Assembly (NCBI RefSeq): GCF_009914755.1
Contig: NC_060933.1
DNA from: the human T2T-CHM13v2.0 reference genome, Homo sapiens
DNA length: 64,000 nucleotides
Reading direction: 5' to 3' (one strand)
Shown in pieces: positions 1 through 37,150 of this stretch. Positions within the stretch are counted from its first letter, which is position 1. Each line of letters opens with the position of its first letter. Made by a program: the position numbers and the translations under genes. Under the pieces are notes generated by a model. That model searched no databases. It saw only the letters and a program-made list of their open reading frames with translations, and had not been told where the DNA came from.

Positions 1-770
<770 letters not shown>

Positions 771-774
771 AAAA

Positions 775-1260
775 GGTCTTCATTCTCATCTTCACCTGGA
801 GTAGGCTAAGGAGCAGGAGGAGGAGGAGGAGGGGTTGGTTTTGCTGTCTCAAGTGAGGCAGAGGCGGAAGAGGTGACAGGGGAGCCAGGCACACTTGGTA
901 TAACTGTCTCCCAGGCTGGAGTGCAGTGGCACCATCTCGGCTCCCTGCAAGCTCCGCCTCCCGGGTTCACGGGTTCACGCCATTCTCCTGCCTCAGCCTC
1001 CGGAGCAGCTGGGATTACAGGCGCCCTCCACCACGTCCCGCTAATTTTTTGTATTTTCAGTAGAGACGGGGGTTTCACCGCGTTAGCCAGGATGGTCTCC
1101 GTCTCCTGACCTCGTGATCCGCCAGCCTCGGCCTCCCAAAGTGCTGGGATTACAGGCGTGAGCCACCGTACCCGGCCCACACTTGGTATAACTTCAATTG
1201 AAAAAAAAATCTACATATAACTGGACCCGTGTAGAACCTATGTTGTTCAAGGGTCAACTG
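775..1260. mobile_element. Tigger2-family DNA transposon end, interrupted by an Alu
   Basis: Ends in TIR tgttgttcaagggtcaactg followed by TA; GA-rich subterminal segment. Confidence 0.75.
906..1177 (-). mobile_element. AluY-like, 3'-truncated, no poly(A) tail
   Basis: Perfect 16-bp TSD cacacttggtataact at 890-905 and 1178-1193. Confidence 0.9.
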
Positions 1261-1371
1261 TATATAATTTTTGTGTAAGCATGTGATTCAGCAGTATGAA
1301 GTCTAAAATCAGCAAAGGTCACCTTTAGTATATAAAAAAAGCACAAAATAGTTTAAATGAGAAATTTCATT

Positions 1372-1377
1372 TTTATT
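1372..1377 (-). terminator. Candidate distal poly(A) signal AATAAA of PRXL2C
   Basis: AATAAA on the minus strand followed by a U/GU-rich element (tattttgtgcttttttt) about 25-45 nt downstream. Confidence 0.65.
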
Positions 1378-1585
1378 GAATAAAAACATTATACAAACAT
1401 GAAGATATATTCAAATATTTGAATACATTAGTTTTTTTTGTAACTTTATATGCTTCATATAAAAGTACTGAGTTCAAAGCAGTATTATACTTGCTAATCA
1501 TTACCAAAATTCTGATTTTGCTATACTTTTCATCAGGATTTCTGGGACACCTCCCAACTAAACATATTAAGATTCTAGAAAAATA

Positions 1586-1886
<301 letters not shown>

Positions 1887-2021
1887 CTAGAAAAATGAAA
1901 GATAACAAGTCTCCCAAATAAGAGCAGTTTGAGGGTGAGAAATAGCAGTTCTCTAGGAATGCATAACTAAACCATAGTGTACATTTAAGTTACCAAGTTT
2001 TAAAAAATTTTAACAATTCTT

Positions 2022-2642
<621 letters not shown>

Positions 2643-3048
2643 TCAAAAAGCACACTGACCATATTTTTAAATACATATCTTAAATATCTAAAACAATTTT
2701 TTTCTCCATAGCTCCCCCAACCCCCCAAAATCCTAGTGAAACGGATAGCAAGTATGTAGTTTGAGAAGGTGCTGTGGACACTGGCTATATGTGAAATGTT
2801 CGGATTGCCACACTTCCTCTGAGTAAAGCAATTACGATGGAAAAGTGGACTACAGCTTATATAATTTTGCTCTTTTGTGAAGGTTGTTATGTGGCATAAA
2901 ATTGTCCTATAATGTTTAAAGACCTTTTCCTGGCCCTACAATATTAATCATGCTCATTATATAACAGTTGGGAAATACAGAAAAGTACAGAAAAGAAAAT
3001 AATAACACTAATCTTAACACAGAGATACCTACTGGCAACATTTTGGTG

Positions 3049-3054
3049 TTTATT
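3049..3054 (-). terminator. Candidate proximal poly(A) signal AATAAA of PRXL2C
   Basis: tttatt on + strand about 480 nt downstream of the stop, followed by T-rich minus-strand sequence. Confidence 0.6.
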
Positions 3055-3533
3055 TCCTGTCTTTTTCCAAAGCATACAAAAATACAAATATATACATATA
3101 AAAATGCAGTTACATTGTTGACAGATTTGATATTTTGCCTTCTTCACTGAATATAATGGTCTTGTGTTGTTCTCCTGTCCCCTTATATACTGTCAGAATT
3201 TATATTGCCAAAAAACTCTTTCATTGACTGAATATACCATAATGTAAAATAATTTAGAGTATTTATGATTTTATAGCTTTTAAAGTTATATTTTGTATAT
3301 TCATTTTTTTTGTATAAAATGTTAAAAGTTATAAAATGGAAGTATATAACATATTTTGACAACTGATGCTTCCCAGCATGCAATTCAACAGGTTCAAGCC
3401 CCCTTTATGCTTCCCTAACTCCTCAAAGGCTGGGAAGGGACAGCAGGTTAGACACTGCACGAGGATATTACACCCAGGCATTGAAGGTCACATTCCAGAA
3501 GGTCCAGTTGAAAGTGACTGAGTGCATTTTAAG

Positions 3534-17058
<13,525 letters not shown>

Positions 17059-17423
17059 GACGCGGGGCGGCCGAGGGCCTGGGTCCGCTCTGTCAGCGCG
17101 GACCGGGGCGGGGCGCGCAGAGGTTGGGCGCGGGGGGCGGGGCGGGGCGTGCAGAGGTGGGGCCTGGCAAGTCACGGTTTCCGCGGCGCGGCGCGGGCCT
17201 GGGAGCTGTCGGAGTGAACCCCACGGGCGGTTCTGACTCAGCTCTCAGGGTAGGGGACAGAGAGAGAAAGTAAGGTCCGTCCACGGCGAGCAAGCATTAT
17301 TGAGGAAGAAAGCCGCCCGCGCCCTCCATGGCCACCTGAGCGGATGTTCTCACCTATTCGAGAACTAATGGGTGTATGTGTAAAAGGTGGGCTAGGGCCA
17401 GGCCCACGTTTTGTAAACACACA

Positions 17424-17560
17424 GGCCGGGCCTGTAATCCTAGCGACTTGGGAGGCCGAGGCGGGAAGATCACTTGAGGCCAGGAGTTCGAGACCAGCCT
17501 GGGTAGGTAACAGAGGGCAACGCCATCTCCGTTTTTTAAAAAAATAAATAATAAAAATAA
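17424..17560 (+). mobile_element. Alu monomer (FLAM-like)
   Basis: Single Alu left-arm-like unit with A-rich tail. Confidence 0.7.
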
Positions 17561-18048
17561 AGAAATAAAAGGTGAGCTGGGTGGGATGAGGATGATGAAG
17601 TTAGATGACTTAGCAGCTGTTTTGTAGAAATCCCACACTTCCAATTCAGTTTCTCCTGGGGTGGGTAGGCAGGCATAGGGAAATCTGGGGATCTCAGCCT
17701 TTGTGAGACCAAACTGGCCCTGGATTTAGAGGTTCATCTTTCTCTGGGGTTTCTCATGGGTGCTAACTGTGTGTCCAAGATTTCCAGAGCAGGACCAGAT
17801 AACATTCAGGCTCTTTGTCTTCATAAGTTTACTCACTCTTGTGTATGGATTTGGGGTTCAGAAAGTACATCCTTTATCTATGGCCTTTGTTGAGCTGAAG
17901 AATATTTCTGGGGCGGAGTGCTAGGCAGGTCTATGTGACTGATGTGACTCTGCCACAAAGTGCAGGAAAGGGGGATGCTGCATCCTCTGGCTTTCACCTG
18001 TGTGAAGATTTTATACTTTATTGAGCACACATTAAGTGCTCTGTTTGA

Positions 18049-18403
<355 letters not shown>

Positions 18404-18839
18404 CAGGAGCTTTATGAGTTTTTGGAAATAAATGCATGACCAAAGTGCAGGCTGATGAATAGCACTCACAACAGGCAGTTTGCCAGATGTCACCAAATTT
18501 ATTGTAAGCAGTGTTTTGGTAAGCAGAAATTGATATACAGATAAGAATGGTGGTATTTTGGCAGCTCTGATTAATTGCTGGTATCAATGAATGAAAAATT
18601 TTCTTTGACATTACTGCTTTCAGTGTCATATTTCATGTGAAATAAATTACAGGTTAGACAATTTCATTTTGAAATACAAAGAGCCACATGACTTAGTTTT
18701 TGCAGAGTGATGAACTCAGACATCATCAAAAAATAGTTTTGTAGGAGGAATAGTAGCCATGCAGAAATGCAGAAATTAGAAGGTATTGTCTAGGGAGCAT
18801 CAGTACATGACTGAATGAGACACTGAGAGATGAAGTGCC

Positions 18840-19785
18840 TGTGACAGTTATCAACTTGCTTCTCAGCTCCAAATCAACCCTTCACTATATACTCTGTGAC
18901 AATGGACAGACTTCCTCTAAGCATCTAACCTTTGCAATGGGCAATATATTAAGCATTTTCAATAGACAGTGTTGGCAGGACATTGCAGGAGGAAGGGGAT
19001 TTCAAATAGCCTCCTGAGGGTAGCGGGTGGGGCTCTGCCTCTGGCACTTTACCAGGATACACACTTCCTTGGCAACACTGCAACTATTGGCTGTTCTAGC
19101 AATAACCTAGCACCTCACTTGATGTGAAAACTGGAACTTGAACGCACTCCTAACTCCACTAGCAGCCCAATTCCTCACCTGTGCCCCCAATTCCTCACCT
19201 GTTCCCATCGAGCCACCGCTCTCTGTAGAGCCGTTGGCTCACCTGTACCCATCACCATTGCCTCTGCTCTCATCCACTGCTTGCTGATGACCTATGCCCT
19301 GCCTGCATTCTAGTGGGTTCCTTTCTGCCTTTCCCTTGACTGTATACCAGATCCAGCCTGGGCAAGCCATCAAACTTCTACACATAGCTATCCAGTAGGC
19401 TGAACTATACCTGCTCCAGTCAGATCTGAAACCCAGATTTGGGGAAGGGGTCCCTTTCAAGTTTGTCTTCTTTGAGTATTGGTCCTTAGCCATAGGTTCC
19501 TTATATTTTCTAGACACACTTTAATCAGAGTTGTTGTTTTTTCAGAGATGGGGTCTCACTAATGTTTTCCAGGCTGGAGTCCAGTGGCTATTCACAGGTG
19601 CTATGATTATAGCACACTACAGTCTCATACTCCTGGCCTCAAGCATTCCTCCTGCCTCAGCCTCCTGAGTAGCTGAGATTACAGGTGCATGTCACCTGAT
19701 CAGAGTTTACTCATTCATTATATTAAACTTTCCCTGTTTAACCTACAGTGTGGTTTAAATCTCGTTATTGGACCCAGACTAATAC
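18840..19785 (+). mobile_element. LTR33-like ERVL solo LTR with an Alu monomer inserted (~19535-19700)
   Basis: Starts tgtgacagttatc...ctcagctccaaatc; ends ggacccagactaataca. Confidence 0.6.
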
Positions 19786-20109
19786 AGCACCTTTAGATAC
19801 TATGATTAAGGAAAAGTAAATGTAAACTATTACTGTTTCCGTTCTGTTATTATTTAGGAATGACCTGCTAATATTTGGTGGTATAACTTCATATGTCCAT
19901 GGTTTAAAATAAATCAAAGAACACACACTAAAAAATACAGAGACAGCACTACATGTTTGTAGAGTTGCCAGTGTAACTACTGTGTTGCTCAAGAAAGCGT
20001 CCTCCAAAATATCTTCTGACAAGTCCAACTAGAGATTCAACTGCCAAGAATACAGCTCTGAGGGGATAATACAAACAGTGTGTACAGTTTTTCTTAATTT
20101 GTTAATTTT

Positions 20110-20610
20110 AAAAAATATTTCCCCCTTTTGTGGTAAAATATACATGACATAAAATTTCCCACTTTAACCATTTTTAAATGTGTAATTCATTAGCATTAAG
20201 TACATTCACACTGTTGTGCAGCCTGCTCCATCATCCATCTCCAGAGCTTTTTCATCATCTCAAACTGTAACTCCATAACCTTTAAACACTAACTGCCCAT
20301 TCCCTGCTCTACCTAACGCCTGGCAACCACCATTCTACTTTTTATCTCTATGAGTTTGATAACTCTATTTATCTTGTGTAACTGGAATCATACAGTATTT
20401 GTCCATTTGTGATTAACTTACTTCACTTGGCACAATCTCTTCAAGGTTCATCCTTGTAGCAGCACTTGTCAGGATTTCCTTCCTTTTTAAGCCTGAATAA
20501 TATTCCATTGAATGTATCTACCGCATTTTCTTTATCCATTCATCTGTTGATGGACATGTGGGTTGTGTCTATCGTATTATGAATAAAGCTACTGTGTATG
20601 TGGGTGTACA
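20110..20610 (-). mobile_element. L1MB 3' end
   Basis: Reverse L1MB 3'UTR motifs (ggcaaccaccattctacttt, gaataatattccattg). Confidence 0.75.
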
Positions 20611-20627
20611 ATTCATTAATTTTTTGA

Positions 20628-24240
<3,613 letters not shown>

Positions 24241-24759
24241 TTGTGTTGTCCCATTTGTGTTGTAATTCAGCTACTCTGAGGATGAAGCTCTAGGTTTGTT
24301 TTTCAGAGAAGCAATCATTAAATGTTAATCACAGCAAAAAAAATACCTTCACAGCAACGTGTAGACTGGTGTTTGACCAAACCCCTGGGGACCAGAGTTG
24401 AGCCAAGTTGACACATAAATTAACCATCATAAAGTGGAATCAACCTAATTACTCATCAACACAAACTGGTTACATAATTGAGGACATATTCATTATGATT
24501 TATAGAGAGAATGAAGTAGATTTGTATATACTGACATGGAAAGATCTTCAATTCATATTTAGTAAAAAAGGCAAGTATCAATGCATATAATACAAGCCAC
24601 TTTAAGTGAAATAAAGAAAACTGATATATACATGTACTTATATTGATATGGATGCACAGAAAAGGAACTGGAAGTGTATATACTTGTTAACAGTGGCTAC
24701 CCCTGTGAAGAGGGAAGTGAGGTTATGAGAGGCCTCTCGTGTTTTCCTCCATATACTTA

Positions 24760-25374
<615 letters not shown>

Positions 25375-25592
25375 CTAAGAAAGGAAGAAGAGCAAAGCAC
25401 ACATGAAGAGTCCCTGAAGGAGAAAGATTCCCAATGCAGCAGAGTCTTTGCTTCCAGTCCATTACTGAGCCCTGGCTGCATCTCTGCCTCTGGTTCTGTG
25501 AGTCACCTTTAAATGCTGATAACAAATTTCCCTCTTTGACTTTAAGTTGATTTTATGCTGTTCTCCTACTTGTAACCAAGTGTTTTAACTAA

Positions 25593-25910
<318 letters not shown>

Positions 25911-26368
25911 CTAACTGCAGAAATTATACTGATTCTATGGATAATGGTGACTTTGGTCCCCTAGAGCTCAAGGAGATCCTGTCGTATACATTGTTCTCCG
26001 TAACCCCAGCACCTATGACTGAGTTCCTCCTGAAGATACCTGATACGTTAGGACAAAGTGAAGTCACCACTTGCTATCTCTTCTGTTTGTTGTTGAAAAT
26101 AAACATCTAGAAATGGCTTAAAAGTGAAATGAAACCCAATAGTGCATGAATTTTTGTGAACTATCCTGGCAGGTCAGAAAAAAATGAATTAGAATTCTCA
26201 TTATATTTCATACATCAGATTGGCTCTTTAAATAAGACAAAAAGCAAATTATAAAGAATCATTTTTTTATCTAGAAGAACTGGCAAATATTGTACAAATA
26301 AAGGATTTTATTGGAGAAGTCACAAGAGGCATATACTGGGTGGTACTGCTTGTATACATTATAAATAG

Positions 26369-27405
<1,037 letters not shown>

Positions 27406-28215
27406 AATAAGAGGACTTTGGGAGCTCATTTGCACTTTGTTTTCAGTAGGAGAAGGAAATCCAAAAGAGGATTCTTGAGGAGACCTCCTTTCTTAGTTCT
27501 GGTGGTCATTCCCATCTTGGCAAACATATAATATTATCAAACATCTTCACTCAGATCTGATAGCAATATGGTAGAGAGCCTGATAGACTCGTTATCCCTG
27601 GACAATATGATTCTGACTATCATGTGTACCTCTGTCACCCCAGGCCAGATTCTAGTAATAAACATTTCTCACTGGCACACCTGCTTACCTCTTGAAAACC
27701 CTATTTGCTCAGAGTGGTGTGGCTCGCCAGGCTGAACGATCTGCGGTCCTCCTTACCCACCATGAGAAATGCTGAGGCAGGGAAATGTGTTCGGGGCTGA
27801 CCCCGGGAAGATTGTGATCCTCAGACAGGAAACCTTTTTGAGAAGGGAGATGGGAAGATGAGAACTGAGTACTGGGCTTCAAAGGGAGTTTGTGAGAGTT
27901 GGTGCCTGTCCAGTTACATATGCTCTGACAGGAATATTCCAGAATATCCCAGCAATATTCTGGGACTTTGGAGACCACACTAGAGGAGTGAGGCCTTGCC
28001 AGGTGAGGCAGAATCTTTAGGGAGCATGGCTGCTGCTGTTAGTTACTGAGAGTGAGCTGGGTCTTTTAGTCTTGGGAGGACGTTCTTCCTAATAGTAAAC
28101 TGGAGAAGGGATGTGTCAACCTCTCTTTTCCCCCCTTTCTTGGGGCTAGACATTAGGGGTAGAGGTGTCCCCCCAAGAAGTTCCTTGGTGGTGAGGGTAA
28201 AGATGGTCCCCTCTG

Positions 28216-28541
<326 letters not shown>

Positions 28542-28796
28542 CTAGGACCAGAGGCCTCCTTGTGGTCAGGTGTGAGCTGACGGTGAGAAAACTGACCTAT
28601 ACACCAGATTAACTGGGTTGTGAAAGTCTCAAGATTTATTTTCCTTTCCTTTTCTCAGATTTTAGTAAATCCCCATTTGTAGGTCTCAGCTCAGTTTCAG
28701 CTGTGTCACTGGGTTTTCTAAGAAACCAGAGACCTTTCTGTGCATGATTGGAGGAACAGCACCTTCTTGTGGTCAGTTTGAAGGTGGCAGTATTAA

Positions 28797-29109
<313 letters not shown>

Positions 29110-30374
29110 CAACATTTATTAAAGAAGGTATCAGTGCCTTGTGGAGCTGTATAAGACTAGAAGTTTATACCAGGGCTATGGTGTCCATCTTGGCCTGCTG
29201 GAAGTAGTAACCGCAGACTCTAAGTGGTTTGAACTCTGATTCTCCACAGCCAAGGCAGCTGGAGCTGGGGTCATCCCATCCAGCACATCCAGGTGGCCAC
29301 TGGGATTCCCTGCAGGAGTCAAAATTCCCTGCAGCATGGGACATTGAAGGCCAAAGGGCTCCCTCTGGCCTCTGAGGAGAGTAACTGGAGGCCAAACTGA
29401 AAGGTTTGCGGGGACCCAGACAGGCCAGTGTAAAATTAGCTCTAATTTATGGGGGTGCCCCAGCACACTGGGCTCACCAGAAAATCCCTGCTACTTTTGC
29501 TTTATTTGTTGCTGTGATGACTAAGGTTTGAAGGAGGAAGAAGAACCATCAGGTAAACAAAGCACAGTTGAGGAACTGTGAGAGGGAACTGAGGGCCTGA
29601 ACTTCACCTGGAGAAAATATCCCAAGCAAACCAAAAGCAGCTTGAGATGGGATGTCGTGAGTGGAGCAATAAAAGAGACAATGGAAACATTTCCCTCCCT
29701 TGGAATGGTCAGCAAGCAGGGCTCACAGATGCTGGGCTGCCAGTCGTGGGCAACCCTGCTCTGGTGCACCCCCAGGAAGCACATGAAGCTGAGGGGCCAA
29801 GGTCATTCATTCAGCCTTTTAAAGATCTTGCCTTCAGGTAGAGCACAGGAACAGTGGGTAGTATATGAGTGACACCAGACACTGCATTTAACGAATAAAG
29901 GGAGGGTAAACACTTCTGCCATCTGTCTCTTCCTATGTTCCAATTCCATTCTTACTCCTTGTTCTGGAGTGGTGTCGTGAGGCTCTCAAGGCACACTCCG
30001 ACCATGTGCTCTTCCAAGGAATGCCTGCCCAAATGGCTCACTCCTGCCCTGGACATTCGACAAAACCAGTCCTGCTGCCCTGGCTGGGGACTGAGCTGGA
30101 TTCAAAGGCAGCCCTGTGTCAAGTGATTCTGAGGGGTTGCTTGGGGATAAACCACTGCCCCATAAGAGTGCTCTGCCTGGGAAGCCAGAAAATGGACCCA
30201 ATCCCATCTCCTAGAACTCTTGGAAAATATAGGTTCTATTTATGGCAAGTACAGGTTCTCCCATAAAGGGCAGGTCATGGGTCAAACAACGATGGTTCAT
30301 GTTTCCTGCAATGTCTCCTGAATATCTTCACAAAGTACTAATCTGAGTGGCTGCTGAGTTATTTGATTGAATGA

Positions 30375-30671
<297 letters not shown>

Positions 30672-30967
30672 TGAATGAACTTCTGATGCCTCCTCCCATC
30701 CACATGTACTCTGATGTACCATCACCTGAGTGTGACTGTTCCTTACGCATCTAAGAAGCCCAATTAATTCCTGCCAAAGGGGGGAGATTCCCTCCCTGCC
30801 AACCCCCGCCACTGCGTGCCGTGTGGTGCCATCTACGCTGAGGGACCATGTTTGAGGGAGGAGGCGCGGAGTCTCCAAGCGCTCTCACTCAAACGCCCGC
30901 ACAGGGCCCTGAGCTTCCTTTCAGTTTGGTGAAGCTTTGTTCAGTTCTGTTCCTCCTCAAAGATAGG

Positions 30968-32235
30968 GTATTAACGTCCGATTGCTGTTGCAACAAACTA
31001 CACAAACTCAGTGGTTTAAAACAACACAAATTTGTTCTTAGAGTTCTGGAGGTCAGAAGTCTGCAATCAGTTTCATTTGGCTAAAGTCCAGGTGTTGGCG
31101 GGGCCGGCGCCCCAGGAGCTATGAGGGGAGAATCGATTTTCTTGCTTTTTCAGTTTCTAGTGGCTACCTGCATTCCTCGGTTTGTGACTTCTTCCCTACA
31201 TCACTACAATGTTTGCTTCCATCATTGTCACATCTCCTACTATTCACTGTGATCTCCTGCCTTCTTTTATAAAGATCTTTGTGATTACAGGCTAGGCGTG
31301 GTGGCTCATGCCTGTAATCCCAGCACTTTGGGAGGCCTAGATGGGTGGATCATGAGGTCAGGAGATCGAGACCATCCTGGCTAACACGGTGAAACCCCAT
31401 CTCTACTAAAAATACAAAAAATTAGCCGGCCTAGTGGCGGGCACCTGTAGTCCCAGCTACTCAGAAGGCTGAGGCAGGAGAATGGCGTGAACCCAGGAGG
31501 CGGAGCTTGCAGTGAGCCGAGATTGCGCCACTGCACTCCAGCCTGGGTGACAGAGCGAGACTCCATCTCAAAAAAAAAAAAACTTAGTGATTACCTTGGG
31601 TCCACCTGGATAACCCAGGCTAACCTCCCCATCTCAAAATCCTTAACTTAATCACAACTGCAATGTTGGGAACAGGCCCCCAAAATGTGGCCATAAACTG
31701 GCCCCAAAACTGGCCATAAACAAAATCTCTGCAGCACTGTGACATGTTCGTTATGGCCATGATGCCCACGCTGGAAGGTTGTGGGTTTACTGGAATGAGG
31801 GCAAGGAACACCTGGACCACCCAGGGCAGAAAACCGCTTAAAGGCGTTCTTAAACCACAAACAATAGCATGAGTGATCTGTACCTTAAGGACATGCTGCT
31901 GCTGCAGATAACTAGCCAGAACCCATCCCTTTATTTCAGCCCATTCCTTTATTTCCCGTAAGGAATACTTTTAGTTAATCTATAATCTATAGAAACAATG
32001 CTTATCACTGGCTTGTTGTTAATAAATGCATGGGTAAAATCTCTGTTCAAGACTCTCAGCTCTGAAGGCTGTGAGATCCCCGATTTCCCACTCCACACCT
32101 CTATATTTCTGTGTGTGTGTCTTTAATTCCTCTAGCGCCGCTGGGTTAGGTCTCCGTGACTGAGCTGGTCTCAGCACTGCGATGTCCCTTTTACCAGATA
32201 AGGTAACATTCCAGACTTGAAGGATTAAGTTGTGC
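30968..32235 (-). mobile_element. MLT1 (MaLR) LTR split by AluY (31290-31582) and a MER9 LTR
   Basis: cacaaactcagtggtttaaaacaacacaaattt, agttctggaggtcagaagtc and aaatccttaacttaatcaca motifs. Confidence 0.75.
31664..32176 (+). mobile_element. MER9 (HERV-K HML-3) solo LTR
   Basis: TG...CA termini; 6-bp TSD ctgcaa/ctgcga; MER9 consensus motifs. Confidence 0.88.
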
Positions 32236-32327
32236 ACAGATGTGATCACATGTTTCTTTCTGCAGGGAGCTCCTGAGATGTGGGGATCAGGCCATCCCTA
32301 ATCCACTCAGCTTTTGCTCTTCCCAGT

Positions 32328-33620
<1,293 letters not shown>

Positions 33621-34105
33621 TCAGATGTCTTTCAATAGGTGAGGGTTAAGCAAACTGTGGCAACCTCACATCATGGAATACTACTTTGCAATAAAAAAGA
33701 ACAAAGCAAACTACTGACACACACAACAACCTGGATGAAGCTCCTGAGAATTACGCCAAGTGAAAAAATTAATTCCAAAGGTTACATGTTGTATGATTCC
33801 ACTTTGTCATTCTTCAACTGACAAAATTATGGAAATGAAGAAAGGATTAGTGGTTTCCAGGGGTAAAGAAGGGGTGGAGATGGGAGGGAAGTGGCTGTGG
33901 CTATAAAAGAGCAACAGGAGTGATCCATGTGGTGACTGAATTTTTCAGTATCTTGACTATGCCAATGTCAACATTCTGGTTGTAATGTACTATAGTTTTG
34001 GTGATATTACCATTGCTGAAGACTGGGTAAAGGGTACATGGGATTTCTCTGTAAGAGTTTTTGTACCTGCAGGTGAATCTACAATTATCTCAAACAAAAC
34101 TTAAA
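33621..34105 (+). mobile_element. L1MC/MD 3' end
   Basis: L1M 3'UTR motifs. Confidence 0.7.
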
Positions 34106-35127
34106 AAAAATTATGGAAGAAAATGGAAAGAGTTGGCAGAAACTACAAATAAATATGTATTCACCTCACCCCACGATGACACTTGGCTCTTATCCACCTT
34201 AGAAAAGTATGAAGATTTATTTGGAGGGAGAAGTCTCCTGTGCACTCTAAAGTCTCTAAGGCTGCCTCAAAGTTGAGTCTCATCAGTATCACTAAGATCT
34301 CTTGCAGAAGGGAGCACTATTAAAGCTTGTGAATTACTTTCTTACTTCTCCAAAACAGTTAGAGATAGATTTGCTTTATTTTTAAGATATTCTGTGCTAA
34401 CTAGTAGCCCCTGGGCCAAAGAATTCATGACGCATTTCAAAGACCAGGCAAATTTCACAAATGGTCATAATGGATGAGGCTAGTATTTCCAATGTGGAAG
34501 CACACAGGACAGACTGGAGTACCTGAAACATGCCCACGGGCACGTGGGTCTGGGACTGGAAGGGAGGAGCATGGGCTCTGACTCTTAGGAGGAAAGTCAT
34601 TCAAGATCTCAATCGCCACAAGGCGGACTGTGGCTTGCCTTTCAAGACAGTTGAACATGCTTTTTCAACAGATGCACACAAAGGGTTGGACAAAACTGCT
34701 TGGAGACTTTCTCACTTGGTTTGTGGTTACCTCAAAAACTGACAAGGGATAGTTATGTAAAATGTGAACACTGGGGAAGGATGGAGAGGGACATATGGAC
34801 ACTCATTGTACTATTTTTGTAACTTCTATAAGTAGTTCAAATAAAACATTTTTTAAAAGCTAACTTTGTCTTGGTTGGAAATTTGCTCAAGTCACTTTTG
34901 TTTAGTCAGTGAACAGGTAAGTATTTTCCCCCTTGAAAGTCAGTAAACATCTCGGTGAGGAGAGACCCTCGGACGCCCAGCCATGCTTAGGGTCTGGCCC
35001 TTCCACACCCACCTCATTGTCACTGCTGGATGTCTCAGTGTCATAGGAGGGCATGGGCTGACGCACAGGTGGCTCTTTCTCCTCAGGGTCATTGTGTTCA
35101 CACTTTGCCAGGGACAAGGGTTCCTAA

Positions 35128-35939
<812 letters not shown>

Positions 35940-36351
35940 CTAAGGGGGCAGAAGGTCACATGAATTTTATTCAGCCAAGAAATAACATCTAAGAACAGTG
36001 AGATCCATGCTTTATCCTTTATACAGCTTTATGCTTGCAAATAAAGGGCACGATTATGGGAATTTTTCTCAGTTGAAAAGGTAGTTTTCAGTATTTCTAG
36101 CTGCTGAAGAATTCTCATGCTGACCCCATTTCTTATCCTACACCACAGAACTACTGATGCTCAGAGAATGATGAGAAGCATATTTACAACAGTAATTTCT
36201 CTTATAATTCTTACCCTTAGGATCCCCCTTATTAATTCATGGCACAGTCAGCATGTGTTGGGGCTCTTCTGGATGAAAAGAATGGGTTTTAATGACAAAC
36301 CCAAAAGTTCCTCAAGACAATTTGTATTTTTAGTAATTAAAACAGAAATCA

Positions 36352-36686
<335 letters not shown>

Positions 36687-36959
36687 CAGGAATTTGATAT
36701 TTCTGGTGTTTAATGATTGACAACAAGCAATATGTGTTCTGGCCATTACATTGAGACTCTAATTTGGCAACTCCAGACACTCCTGTTCCTTGACCCTGGT
36801 GATCTCTACTGATACTAGAAGGAGAGGGGAGTGCCATTAAGTAATGAGTCATAGCTACCATCACAATAAGCTCTGCCAGGTTTTCTCCAAGTTGGCATAG
36901 TCACTAAGAAAGGCAACAAAAAGATACTTGGTCTGGTTGCTGCTCAACTAATACCAAGA

Positions 36960-37150
36960 ACAGCTCACATTTATACAGCACTTACTGTGTGCCAGATACT
37001 AAGAATCATATATGAAATCATTTAATCTTCATAACAATCTTAAAATTAGGTACTAGTATCATTCTCATTTTAGAGGTAAGAAAATTAAGTACAAAGAAGT
37101 TAAGGTTAGCTAATAAATGAAGGAGGTAGGATTTGAACATAAGCAGTTCC
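36960..37150. mobile_element. MIR
   Basis: MIR core: cattttagaggtaagaaaatt, gtaggatttgaac. Confidence 0.7.

Noticed and set aside
3050-3533. SECIS element in the 3'UTR (given the SelU-family relationship)
   Set aside because: The CDS has no in-frame TGA and I could not identify a convincing AUGA/AA/GA stem-loop by eye; SECISearch would be decisive
35086-35127. Possible KRAB-A exon start after the acceptor
   Set aside because: Translation does not give the VTFxDVAV consensus
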